Assembly: GCA_020852255.1 (NCBI GenBank)
Contig: JADZBD010000002.1
Location: 283,531 to 347,530 of the forward strand
Direction: 5' to 3'
DNA: 64,000 nt
Source of the DNA: Bacteroidia bacterium
Lineage (GTDB): Bacteria > Bacteroidota > Bacteroidia > JADZBD01
Shown: positions 21,660 to 30,727 of the stretch, piece by piece
Layout of the letters: each line of letters starts with the position of its first letter
How positions within the stretch are numbered: position 1 is the stretch's first letter
Made by a program: the position numbers and the translations under genes
The notes under the pieces: generated by a model
Database searches by the model: none
What the model was told of the DNA's origin: nothing
The model's input: only the letters and a program-made list of their open reading frames with translations

Positions 21660-22550
21660 TCACGTTTTCTCTGCTATTCTTAGTTTGGCGCTACGCGCTC
21701 TGTTGTTTACTTCTATTTCTTCTTCACCGGGGACCACGGGCCCCTTGTGTACTTCCTTAAAGGGTGCAATACGCCTTCCGTAGAGGTCCTTCACCTCCTG
21801 CCCTTCCACACTTCCGGTGCGTATATAATTTTTCACCATTCTGTCCTCCAGCGAATGATAAGCGATCACCACCAGTCTCCCGCCCTGCTCTGTAACCGCC
21901 GCGGCGGCATGGAGCAGTTTCTTCAGTACTCCGAGCTCATCATTCACTTCTATTCGCAGCGCCTGGAACGTTTGTGCCAGGAACTGATTCCTTTTTCGTG
22001 AGGGAACGAAACCGCCAATGACCTCTACCAATCCACCCGTAGTCCGGATTCTTCCCTTTTTTCTGGCCGCAACTATTTTCCCGGCCACCAATCGTGCATT
22101 TCCGAGTTCCCCGTATGTTCTGAGAACTCCTGCCAACTCCTTTTCATCGTAATCGTTTACTATCTCCTCTGCACTTAACGACTTACCCCTGTCCATTCTC
22201 ATATCCAGCGGTCCATTACTGCGAATGGAAAATCCCCGCTCCGGCGTATCAAACTGATGAGACGAAACCCCCAAATCCGCCAGTATCCCCTGCACCTGCC
22301 GCCCATCTAATTCTTCCTCCAGGAAGGAAAAATTTCTCCTGACCAGCCGGAAGCGTTCATCCATGATTCCATTCTCTTCCGCATCCGCATCCTGATCAAA
22401 TGCAATCAGACTTCCTTTTTCTCCCAGCCGCTCCAGTATCGCCCTGCTATGCCCCCCTCCTCCGAATGTCACATCCACATAAGTGCCGTCCTCCCGTATA
22501 TTCAGACCCTCCAGACTTTTCTCCTTCAGGACGGGGATATGATAACTCAT
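21660..22550 (-). CDS. rsmH: 16S rRNA (cytosine1402-N4)-methyltransferase RsmH (MraW)
   Basis: MSYHIPVLKEKSLEGLNI...YVDVTFGGGGHSRAIL is the canonical N-terminus. Confidence 0.9.
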   Translation of the reverse strand: MSYHIPVLKEKSLEGLNIREDGTYVDVTFGGGGHSRAILERLGEKGSLIAFDQDADAEENGIMDERFRLVRRNFSFLEEELDGRQVQGILADLGVSSHQFDTPERGFSIRSNGPLDMRMDRGKSLSAEEIVNDYDEKELAGVLRTYGELGNARLVAGKIVAARKKGRIRTTGGLVEVIGGFVPSRKRNQFLAQTFQALRIEVNDELGVLKKLLHAAAAVTEQGGRLVVIAYHSLEDRMVKNYIRTGSVEGQEVKDLYGRRIAPFKEVHKGPVVPGEEEIEVNNRARSAKLRIAEKT

Positions 22551-23005
22551 CCCTGTGCCTTATTTCCCATCACCTCTTCCGCCAGTTTTTCAAATCCCCC
22601 GGAAGTGGTCTTCACAAACCGGTAATAAAGAACCCTGTCCCACACCTCTATCATATTACCTGCCGCAGCCATTACAACATCTCTCTTCATACCTACGCTC
22701 TTCATCAGATCCTTCGGCATTAAAAAGCGCCCGCTTCCATCCAGTTCTACCGCTTGAACATTGAAGTTGAACATCCGAATAAACTCAACATTCTTCTTCA
22801 CAAAGCGGTTCAGAGAGTTTACCTCCTTCACCATTCCATCCCAGGTTTCCATGGGATACAATTCAAGCGACTTACTGAAAATACTCTGCTTAATCACGAA
22901 CCCTTTCGACAACGCTTTACCCAATTGTGACTTAAATGCAACGGGAAGCATCACGCGCCCCTTTGCATCGGCTGTTCCTTCATAAACGCCGAAAAGGTTC
23001 ATCAC
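22547..23005 (-). CDS. mraZ: Transcriptional regulator MraZ
   Basis: 152 aa, duplicated MraZ fold, first gene of the dcw cluster. Confidence 0.85.
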   Translation of the reverse strand: MMNLFGVYEGTADAKGRVMLPVAFKSQLGKALSKGFVIKQSIFSKSLELYPMETWDGMVKEVNSLNRFVKKNVEFIRMFNFNVQAVELDGSGRFLMPKDLMKSVGMKRDVVMAAAGNMIEVWDRVLYYRFVKTTSGGFEKLAEEVMGNKAQG

Positions 23006-23045
23006 TGGTATTCTCTATTGGGCGTTAAAGGTAAAAAATAAAATC

Positions 23046-23075
23046 CCACTTTTTACCACTTTTTACCACTTTTGT
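23046..23075 (-). promoter_or_regulatory. Three tandem 10-bp direct repeats (plus strand CCACTTTTTA x3; gene strand AAAGTGG phased at 10 bp), candidate MraZ operator
   Basis: cccacTTTTTACCACTTTTTACCACTTTTGt lies 41-70 bp upstream of the mraZ ATG. Published MraZ boxes are GTGG-type direct repeats phased at about 10 bp. Confidence 0.5.
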
Positions 23076-23112
23076 TGAAAACTTTCATTTTCAGGGGCTT
23101 CCGCTCCCACCA

Positions 23113-24003
23113 TTGCCCGTACCGCCTTTTGCTACTTTTGACCTAATGAGTACGACCGGAAAGGAATTCATTGATCTTAAAAAGATCTTTCGCGAGAAGA
23201 ATCCGGGCTTATACCGTGTCACTCCGAATTTTGTTATTTCATGGATCAGCCAACTGATTCATGAGAATGACCTGAACAACTTTGTACGAGAACACCGTGA
23301 CAAGCAGAATTTTGACTTTGCGAAAGCCGTGGTAAAACATTTTGATGTAACCCTCACCTTCGACGGCCTTGAAAGGATTCCTGAAACGGGTGGCGTGGTA
23401 CTTGCCTGCAATCATCCTCTGGGCGGTTTGGATGCTATGTCTTTACTTCAGACTGTGGAAGCGCGCCGGACGGATTTGAAGTTTCTGGTGAACGATATTC
23501 TCATGAATCTGGAAAATCTCAAGGAATTATGGCTTGGCGTGAATAAAGTAGGAAAGAGCACAGGAGATCTGTTGCGGGAAATTGATGCAGGCTATTCCTC
23601 CGGGAATCTCATCTGTATCTTTCCTGCCGGCCTCGTTTCGAGAATGCAGGAAGGAGAAGTAAGAGACCTGGAATGGAAGAAAAGCTTTATTACCAAGTCC
23701 CGGCAATACGGAATACCTGTTATTCCCGTTCATATCAGCGGAAGAATCACTATGTTCTTCTACCGCCTGGCTATCTGGAGAAAACGGCTGGGAATCAAAT
23801 CCAACATTGAAATGCTGTTTCTCGTGCATGAAATGTATAAATCGAAAGGACAAAAAATACATATCCGCTTCGGCAAACCCCTGCCCGCATCGTCATTCAG
23901 CCGTGATCACTCCGATCTGTATTGGGCTGCGGCCGTTAAAGAGTTAGTATACCGGCTTCCTGCCGACCCGGACGCGGATCTGTTCCGTGAACCGTCTTTT
24001 TAG
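23113..24003 (+). CDS. Lysophospholipid acyltransferase family protein (PlsC/OlsA/GlsA-like O-acyltransferase)
   Basis: Acyltransferase motif VLACNHPLGGLDAM plus FPAG..SR. Divergent from mraZ and followed by an OlsB-like gene. Confidence 0.55.
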   Translation: MPVPPFATFDLMSTTGKEFIDLKKIFREKNPGLYRVTPNFVISWISQLIHENDLNNFVREHRDKQNFDFAKAVVKHFDVTLTFDGLERIPETGGVVLACNHPLGGLDAMSLLQTVEARRTDLKFLVNDILMNLENLKELWLGVNKVGKSTGDLLREIDAGYSSGNLICIFPAGLVSRMQEGEVRDLEWKKSFITKSRQYGIPVIPVHISGRITMFFYRLAIWRKRLGIKSNIEMLFLVHEMYKSKGQKIHIRFGKPLPASSFSRDHSDLYWAAAVKELVYRLPADPDADLFREPSF

Positions 24004-24018
24004 TAGCTTTACCCCTGT

Positions 24019-24957
24019 ATGAAACCCGTGATGGAACCGGTACCGACGGCGGTGCTTCAGTCAGAACTTAATGCCAAAACGTTTGTGCGGAAAACAAACA
24101 ATGGCAGCAATGAGGTATATATCATTCGGGAAGAAACAGCTCCGAATACTCTCCGGGAGATCGGCCGCCTGCGTGAAGTTACTTTCCGCAATGCCGGCGG
24201 AGGTACGGGACTGGAATGTGATTTGGACGAATACGATACGGGGCCGGGCGCGTATTCACAGCTGCTGGTTTGGAATTCTGCTGACCTTGAGATTGTCGGG
24301 GGATACCGGTTTATTCACGGCAAGGATGTGATCATTCGTCCTGACGGAACGCCGAGGCTGGCCACCGCTCACCTTCTCGATTACTCCCCGAAGTTTATGA
24401 AAGAGTTTCTGCCGAAGATGATTGAACTCGGACGCTCCTTCGTTCAGCCTCACTACCAGCCCAGCAGTCAGAACCGGAAAGGGCTTTTCTCGTTGGATAA
24501 TTTGTGGGACGGGCTTGGTGCGTTGGTGATAGACCACCCGGACATTGATTACTTTTTTGGTAAAGTAACCATGTATCCTGATTTTAACCCGGTTGCAAGG
24601 GACATGATCATTTATTTCATGAACTTTTACTTTCCGGACCCTGACCATTTGGTGAGCGCGCGGAATCCCCAGCATTACAAGACAGATATCAGCGTCTTTC
24701 GCGATCTTTTCAGAAAGGAAATGCCCTACAAGGAGGCCCACGCGGTTCTTAACCAGCAAGTTCGGTCGCGCGGAGAAAATATTCCTCCCCTGATCAATTC
24801 CTACATGAACCTATCTCCCACCATGCGCACATTCGGAACGGCCATCAACGACGCCTTTGGTGATGTGGAAGAAACGGGAATCATGGTAAAAATCGCTGAC
24901 ATTTATGAATCTAAAATGGAGCGGCACGTAAAATCGTATCAACCAACCGCCCGATGA
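24019..24957 (+). CDS. GNAT-like N-acyltransferase of the OlsB/GlsB (hemolysin-like) family; candidate N-acyl amino-acid lipid synthase
   Basis: 312 aa, OlsB-like size and pattern, paired with a PlsC-like gene 16 bp upstream as in ornithine-lipid and glycine-lipid loci. Not verified by search. Confidence 0.45.
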   Translation: MKPVMEPVPTAVLQSELNAKTFVRKTNNGSNEVYIIREETAPNTLREIGRLREVTFRNAGGGTGLECDLDEYDTGPGAYSQLLVWNSADLEIVGGYRFIHGKDVIIRPDGTPRLATAHLLDYSPKFMKEFLPKMIELGRSFVQPHYQPSSQNRKGLFSLDNLWDGLGALVIDHPDIDYFFGKVTMYPDFNPVARDMIIYFMNFYFPDPDHLVSARNPQHYKTDISVFRDLFRKEMPYKEAHAVLNQQVRSRGENIPPLINSYMNLSPTMRTFGTAINDAFGDVEETGIMVKIADIYESKMERHVKSYQPTAR

Positions 24958-25562
24958 AATTTACGGTAACCAGTGCCGAGTTTGTTACCGGTTCTCCGGA
25001 TATACAACATCTTCCAACCGATCCGCATCCGGAATTCGCTTTCATCGGAAGGTCCAACGTGGGAAAATCCTCACTGATTAATATGTTATGCGCCAGAAAA
25101 AAGCTGGCACACACTTCCGGCACTCCCGGGAAAACCCGTATGGTAAACCTGTTCCGGATCAACAACCGGATTCACCTGGCGGATCTTCCCGGGTATGGTT
25201 TCGCCAAGGCGGGAAAATCCATCCGGGAGTCCTTCGAGGGTGTGATAACCACCTACCTGCTGGACCGAGAACAACTGCGTTGCCTCTTCGTACTAATTGA
25301 TGTACGGCTTCCCCTGCAAGCAATTGATCTTGAATTCATGAAATGGCTGGGTGAAAAAGAAATTCCCTTTGCCATTGTTTTCACCAAAGCGGATAAACTC
25401 TCTCGCACAGAATTGGAAAAAAACCTGAAAGACTATACAGCTCGTCTGCTGCGTTGGTGGGAAGACCTTCCGGGCATATTCATTACCTCATCGCTGAAAC
25501 AATCCGGGCGTGAAGATCTGCTGAATTACATTGGAGAGCTCGCGAAAACAAAAAAGCCCTGA
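24954..25562 (+). CDS. engB: Ribosome biogenesis GTPase YihA/EngB
   Basis: FIGRSNVGKSSLINML (G1), DLPGYGFAK (G3), TKADK (G4). ATGA overlap with the upstream gene. Confidence 0.85.
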   Translation: MKFTVTSAEFVTGSPDIQHLPTDPHPEFAFIGRSNVGKSSLINMLCARKKLAHTSGTPGKTRMVNLFRINNRIHLADLPGYGFAKAGKSIRESFEGVITTYLLDREQLRCLFVLIDVRLPLQAIDLEFMKWLGEKEIPFAIVFTKADKLSRTELEKNLKDYTARLLRWWEDLPGIFITSSLKQSGREDLLNYIGELAKTKKP

Positions 25563-25582
25563 GCGATCTCGCACAGGGCTTT
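25540..25582 (-). terminator. Convergent terminator hairpin (AAAGCCCUGAGCGAUCUCGCACAGGGCUUU) with U-run on the minus strand
   Basis: 9-bp perfect outer stem overlapping the engB stop. The minus-strand side is followed by a UUUUUUGUUUUC tract. Confidence 0.5.
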
Positions 25583-25600
25583 ACTATCTAGTATTCAAGA

Positions 25601-27436
25601 CTACGTTTTCTTCTTGGTAAGTAATTGTATCCAGCCGGTACGTTTCACTTCCACAGGACCAGACTGGGTTTTCAGCACGGCATCCAGGATGTAATAATAG
25701 GTTCCGTCTGAAAGCAGAATTCCTGAAGTACTTCTGCCATCCCAGCGAATCTCGTCTGCGGTAGTTTCAAACAGCAGGGTTCCCCACCGATTATAGATCT
25801 GAATATGGAAGTTCTCCATCCCTGAATTAGGAATATAGAATTCATCATTCTGACCGTCGCCGTTTGGTGTAAATACGTTCGGAATAAGGAGCATGGTATC
25901 CACTTCAATAATCGTGGTGATGGTATCTGTACATCCCGCCGCATTGGTCACAATAAGGGTCACGATGTAGGTGCCGGCCCCTGAGAACTGGTGATTGGGG
26001 TTCTGATTATTGGAATTATTATTTGTTCCGGAACCCGGGTCGCCGAAGTTCCACTGCCAGGATGTAGCTCCGTTGGAGGTATCCGTGAACTGATAGATGG
26101 GCTCGTAATATCCGATCGCATTGGTGTCAAAACCGGCAATCGGAGCGGGAGAAACAGTTACAAAGCAAGAGTCAGGAAGTGATGGACATCCGGAAGGAGA
26201 GTTTTCAATAACATAAACCCATCCGGAATTGCCTGTCCAGGATACCACGATGGAATCGGTTCCCTGACCGGAAACTATGGTTCCGTTGCCGACCGTCCAG
26301 GTAAACTGACTACCGCTGCCGTTGGCCGTGAAAATATTACCCAGTGAGTTTGCGCAGACATTCTGGGGGCAATTGATGGACGGCGCTCCCGGCTTCAGTT
26401 CTGTAAGGGCATAGGGCTCATCCGCATCCGCGAAAGGCCAGCTCACCCGTTTAAGAGTGGAATAGAACGAAAGCGTGCCTGCATTGACCTGTGTCGAAGA
26501 GTTCATGTCTGTCCAGATATTCGGACTCCAGTGTGCCATCCCGTTGAAAAATCCATCAGCAGTGGGGTCAAATGCGATCAGAAGATCGGCCGAGGTGGTT
26601 CCCGCTACACGCACGATCGAATGATAAAACGTATCGTTAACAAGACAGGGAATGCCGTCATTCACGTTACGGGGATAGTTATCAAAATCCGGATCCCAGT
26701 TGATCATGCGAACGTTCCATGTATTGTTTGCAACCGCAGTAGGTTCGATCTGCACGGGACGATACCTGCGAAGATTACCTGTACTGGAACCCACGGGAAA
26801 AAGATACGCGCTGTCATCATCCGTAACCCACGAAAGCACCCCGGGGGCCAGCGATGAAACCAACCCCTCTTGATTCATGGAAGGGGTGAGATTAATGATT
26901 GCGTTGGTTTGAGGGTTCAGCACATTCATATCGTACACATCAGTAGATAACTCGCGGTCCGTAAGATCAAGCAGGTGATCCACATTGGCATCGATCATAT
27001 GGAGTTTAATGCGGTTAGCGCCTGTTCCGGTGCCCTGACAGCGTAATATGTGAAAGGTGGTAACGTTGGTTCCCATGATCCGTTGCTGAATCGTAGATGC
27101 CATCAGTCGAACATCACTGAGATCCTGCTGAAAAATGGCGTTATTAACCCAATCACCTTCCACATTTGTAATCCCGTCGCCCTGCCAGGTCGAATTATTA
27201 TTTAACGTTACATCACCCGGATTCGGAAGCGTGCTATTGAGGGTCACATTCATTGTCCCGTTGTGGTCAATGTTTCCATTGGAAGTAGAGGAGTTATTCT
27301 CGATACCGCCGTTCACCTGAATGACAGACTGCGGTGCAGTGTATATAGTAGCGCCGTTATTGAAGAATATCTGAGCCTGCACCGGGAGAGAAAGGAAGAA
27401 AGCGGGCAGCAAAATAAAAGAGGCAAGACTCTTCAT
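25601..27436 (-). CDS. Secreted T9SS substrate with type B (gliding-motility-associated) C-terminal sorting domain
   Basis: Signal peptide MKSLASFILLPAFFLSLPVQAQ (start chosen at 27436). C-terminus ...LLIPNVFTPNGDGQNDEFYIP...IQIYNRWGTLLFE is the type B CTD signature. The Ig/PKD-like body is N/T/S-rich. Confidence 0.7.
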   Translation of the reverse strand: MKSLASFILLPAFFLSLPVQAQIFFNNGATIYTAPQSVIQVNGGIENNSSTSNGNIDHNGTMNVTLNSTLPNPGDVTLNNNSTWQGDGITNVEGDWVNNAIFQQDLSDVRLMASTIQQRIMGTNVTTFHILRCQGTGTGANRIKLHMIDANVDHLLDLTDRELSTDVYDMNVLNPQTNAIINLTPSMNQEGLVSSLAPGVLSWVTDDDSAYLFPVGSSTGNLRRYRPVQIEPTAVANNTWNVRMINWDPDFDNYPRNVNDGIPCLVNDTFYHSIVRVAGTTSADLLIAFDPTADGFFNGMAHWSPNIWTDMNSSTQVNAGTLSFYSTLKRVSWPFADADEPYALTELKPGAPSINCPQNVCANSLGNIFTANGSGSQFTWTVGNGTIVSGQGTDSIVVSWTGNSGWVYVIENSPSGCPSLPDSCFVTVSPAPIAGFDTNAIGYYEPIYQFTDTSNGATSWQWNFGDPGSGTNNNSNNQNPNHQFSGAGTYIVTLIVTNAAGCTDTITTIIEVDTMLLIPNVFTPNGDGQNDEFYIPNSGMENFHIQIYNRWGTLLFETTADEIRWDGRSTSGILLSDGTYYYILDAVLKTQSGPVEVKRTGWIQLLTKKKT

Positions 27437-27532
27437 GTGCGTTTTTTTTAGTTTCCTGTAAAACAGGGTATTAGCCAAGCAAATGTAAGAAAGACCCCGG
27501 TTTTATCCAAATAATCTATAATTCTTTGATTA

Positions 27533-27901
27533 TCAGACGTTAGATTCCGTATCCGGTTGCCCGCTCAAGGGGCCTTTTGGTAAAATATCCATTTTTTGCG
27601 CAAAGTAGTTGCAATAGGCTCTAAGTTCATCCATCATTTCCTTTTCACCGGTAGCCCTCTGGAACGAATCCGCCATGGTGAGGAGGTTCTGGTGAAAAAA
27701 CTGTTTCATTTCATCCACCAGCATATCACTGGTCCAAAGATCCATTCGCAGTGTGTTTTGCTCTCCGGCATCCCACATGGCAATCATCACCGATTTACAT
27801 GTCCCGGCTTCGCCTGCGTCAGAGGCTTCCCACCCAATCTCTCTGGGAAGCTTATTCTCATCCAGTCGTACTTTGAATTTGATTTCAGATTCATCGGCCA
27901 T
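27533..27901 (-). CDS. gldC: Probable gliding motility protein GldC
   Basis: 122-aa soluble protein immediately downstream of a ~333-aa lipoprotein, the Flavobacterium gldB-gldC arrangement. Pattern EIKFKVRLDENKLPREIGWEA. Confidence 0.45.
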   Translation of the reverse strand: MADESEIKFKVRLDENKLPREIGWEASDAGEAGTCKSVMIAMWDAGEQNTLRMDLWTSDMLVDEMKQFFHQNLLTMADSFQRATGEKEMMDELRAYCNYFAQKMDILPKGPLSGQPDTESNV

Positions 27902-27912
27902 ATGCTAAGATA

Positions 27913-28914
27913 TTAAGGTTTATATCCGGATGCGTCCAGCAATTTCCGGGCAGGTGTTTTAAGCATTTCATGTAACTTCTCTATGCCGTACTTACGGATC
28001 CAGGACCGCACAATCCGGTGGCCGATCCATATTCCGCTACGGGCCGGAGAAGTTTTATTTAGTCCGGCCGTAAAAGGGCCGTCATTAATAAACTGAGCAA
28101 TGCGCTGGGATTCGGTAGTAAACACCAACTGATCCTTTACCAGGAATGCCCACACGTTCGATTCATTTTCCAGGCACCAGCTATACTGAAGGGCGGAATA
28201 TCCGAATTTCAGAGTATCAGGAAGGCGAGGAGCCATCAGATCGATCAGAAACTGGATTTTCCCATTGTAAATCATTTCCGAGAGTAAATCAGAAGATTCG
28301 TCCGGAGCAGGAACAGCGGACATTCCCATTGCCCGTATGAGATCGGGTATGATATTCTGTTGCGTCATGTTTCGCCTCCGGTATTTTTCAAATTGTGCAA
28401 GTTCATATATCTCATGATCGCGTCCCAGGTACATATCCAAACCAATTCCTACGGCACTATCCGAGATGCTCATCGGCAGATTCAATCCTGTTACCATCGA
28501 ATAAACCGAAGGGAAGGATTTGGTTTCCGGAAAATAATATTTCCATCTTCTGAAAACGTCCGAAACCGGCTCCTCCAGTCCTGACAGATCCGGATAAACC
28601 TTTCCTGTAGCATTATAAATTTGCCGCATATCCGGATGGGAAACGAACAGTTTCAGCGTGGGGATAAAGGATGAATCTCTGACTTTCCCGCCAAGGACAA
28701 CTGTTTCGCAAAAACCCACAAAAAAAGAGCCGTAACGGGCTTCCAGGCCCGACACACTTTCTTCGATCGCAGCGGTATCTATAGAAAACAGATCTGCATC
28801 AAAACGTTTAATATTCACCTTCACCTCCGGCACGCCGGCAAGATCCGGGTCGAACACATCGCCTCCGCAGGAGCAAAGAAGAGGCAACAGGCTCAGGAGA
28901 AACGCTTTTCGCAT
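27913..28914 (-). CDS. gldB: Probable gliding motility lipoprotein GldB
   Basis: Lipoprotein signal MRKAFLLSLLPLLCSCGG, 333 aa, ...NIKRFDADLF... near the N-terminus, followed by the gldC-like gene. Confidence 0.45.
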   Translation of the reverse strand: MRKAFLLSLLPLLCSCGGDVFDPDLAGVPEVKVNIKRFDADLFSIDTAAIEESVSGLEARYGSFFVGFCETVVLGGKVRDSSFIPTLKLFVSHPDMRQIYNATGKVYPDLSGLEEPVSDVFRRWKYYFPETKSFPSVYSMVTGLNLPMSISDSAVGIGLDMYLGRDHEIYELAQFEKYRRRNMTQQNIIPDLIRAMGMSAVPAPDESSDLLSEMIYNGKIQFLIDLMAPRLPDTLKFGYSALQYSWCLENESNVWAFLVKDQLVFTTESQRIAQFINDGPFTAGLNKTSPARSGIWIGHRIVRSWIRKYGIEKLHEMLKTPARKLLDASGYKP

Positions 28915-29057
28915 GAAGGTAAAATTATCAAATAAACGCCCCCTGCCGGAGATGGCATTTTATTTGTTACAAACAGCCCGGCACCGTGGTTTTTGAAAAC
29001 TCCCGGACTACGAATCAAAAAAATAAATTAGGTTTGTAACATTAAACACGAAACATC

Positions 29058-29846
29058 ATGAAAACCAAAGCTGTTATTTTACTGCTGACTGCGTTCTTTA
29101 TCCGTCCTGCTTTCGCTCAGGACGACGATAAGTCCTTTAAATTCGGATTAAAAGCCGTTCCTTCCATCAACTGGTACAAGCCGGAAGATGCCAAGAAATT
29201 CGAAAGTGCCGGAACCAACCTGAAATTCGGTTATGGATTAATGACTGAATTCAAACTGGCAGGATCCGCCTGGTTATCCACCGGACTGCAGGTTGATTAT
29301 GATGGAGGCAGAATCCATTTTAAGGATACCGTGGGCTATTTTGCCAATAAGGACGGAGAGATTATCGCCATTGAGGACACCACCGGTCAGCTCGCGCAGC
29401 TCACCGCCTATAAACTCAATGAAAGAAAATACCGCACCACTTATGTCACCCTTCCGCTGACGCTACGTTTGCGCACAAAAGAGGTAGGAATGATGACGTA
29501 TTTTGGTCAGTTTGGCTTCCCGCTTTCCATTAAACTCAAAGGCCGCTGCGATGACAAGGTGAATGCATACACAATGACCGGTTTTGGCAATGAAACGGAG
29601 AACACGGCACTGGACATTTCCAACGACATGGGTTTTATGAATGTGGGGCTTACCATCGGGGGTGGAGCGGAATACAACATGTCGGGCAACACCTCGATCC
29701 TTTTCGGTATCAATTACACCCAGGGGTTCATGAATACGGTGCGACGCGACTCTAAACAACTCCTGAACGATGCCGCACCTCCCACAGCACTGGAGCAGAA
29801 GTTTTTCTCTCGGAACGTAGGGCTTACAGTTGGTATCCTGTTCTAA
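29058..29846 (+). CDS. Outer-membrane beta-barrel (porin-family) protein
   Basis: Signal peptide MKTKAVILLLTAFFIRPAFAQ, alternating amphipathic beta-strands, C-terminal GLTVGILF. Confidence 0.6.
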   Translation: MKTKAVILLLTAFFIRPAFAQDDDKSFKFGLKAVPSINWYKPEDAKKFESAGTNLKFGYGLMTEFKLAGSAWLSTGLQVDYDGGRIHFKDTVGYFANKDGEIIAIEDTTGQLAQLTAYKLNERKYRTTYVTLPLTLRLRTKEVGMMTYFGQFGFPLSIKLKGRCDDKVNAYTMTGFGNETENTALDISNDMGFMNVGLTIGGGAEYNMSGNTSILFGINYTQGFMNTVRRDSKQLLNDAAPPTALEQKFFSRNVGLTVGILF

Positions 29847-29867
29847 CAAATAATTATCTCTATTTTT

Positions 29868-29900
29868 ACCCCGTCTGCCTGATGCAGATGGGGTTTTTTT
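29868..29900 (+). terminator. Rho-independent terminator
   Basis: ACCCCGUCUGC-CUGAU-GCAGAUGGGGU (11-bp stem with one G-U pair) followed by U7. The nadE ATG follows directly. Confidence 0.7.
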
Positions 29901-30680
29901 ATGCAACACCGGGAAATCACGGAACATATTGTCAGCTGGCTTCGCCACTACTGTGAAGGGGCACGAACACAAGGTTTTGTTGTGGGAATCTCCGGGGGAA
30001 TTGATTCGGCACTTACTTCCACACTTTGTGCGCTCACCGGTGCTGAGACCCTTGTGATTGGGATGCCTATCCGGCAGCACCGGGCAGAATATGAAAGAGC
30101 GAAGGAACATATCCACTGGCTGGAATCTCGCTTTAAAAATGTACGTTCGGAGGAAGTGGATCTGAGCGAATCTTTTTCATCCATAGAAAATAAATTTCCA
30201 AGGGAGATCCAGGATCAGCTCACCATGGCCAATACACGCGCCCGTTTGCGAATGGCCACGCTTTATGCTTTTGCATGTCATTACAAACTACTGGTTGCAG
30301 GAACCGGAAATAAAGTGGAAGATTTTGGGGTAGGATTCTTTACCAAGTACGGAGACGGAGGTGTGGATCTTAGCCCAATTGCTGACCTTATGAAATCTGA
30401 AGTCCGCGAACTTGCACGGCATCTTGGCATCGCGGTATCCATTATTAACGCTGCCCCTACAGACGGACTTTTTGCCGATGGCCGGTCAGATGAAGACCAG
30501 ATCGGTGCATCGTACGATGAACTGGAATGGGCCATGAAGTATATACGGAACGCTGAGCAGGTCCTAGATCTCAGCGAAAGACAGAAACGGGTGTTGAAGA
30601 TCTACAGCGACTATCATAACCGGAACCGTCACAAGATGGAACCTATACCTGTCTGTACTATTCCGGATTCCCTGAAATAA
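29901..30680 (+). CDS. nadE: NH3-dependent NAD+ synthetase
   Basis: PP-loop GISGGIDSALTSTLC, size ~259 aa. Confidence 0.85.
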   Translation: MQHREITEHIVSWLRHYCEGARTQGFVVGISGGIDSALTSTLCALTGAETLVIGMPIRQHRAEYERAKEHIHWLESRFKNVRSEEVDLSESFSSIENKFPREIQDQLTMANTRARLRMATLYAFACHYKLLVAGTGNKVEDFGVGFFTKYGDGGVDLSPIADLMKSEVRELARHLGIAVSIINAAPTDGLFADGRSDEDQIGASYDELEWAMKYIRNAEQVLDLSERQKRVLKIYSDYHNRNRHKMEPIPVCTIPDSLK

Positions 30681-30727
30681 AAAAACCCCGGTCTTCCGAC
30701 CAGGGTTTCCAAATTTGCAGTGGTGTT

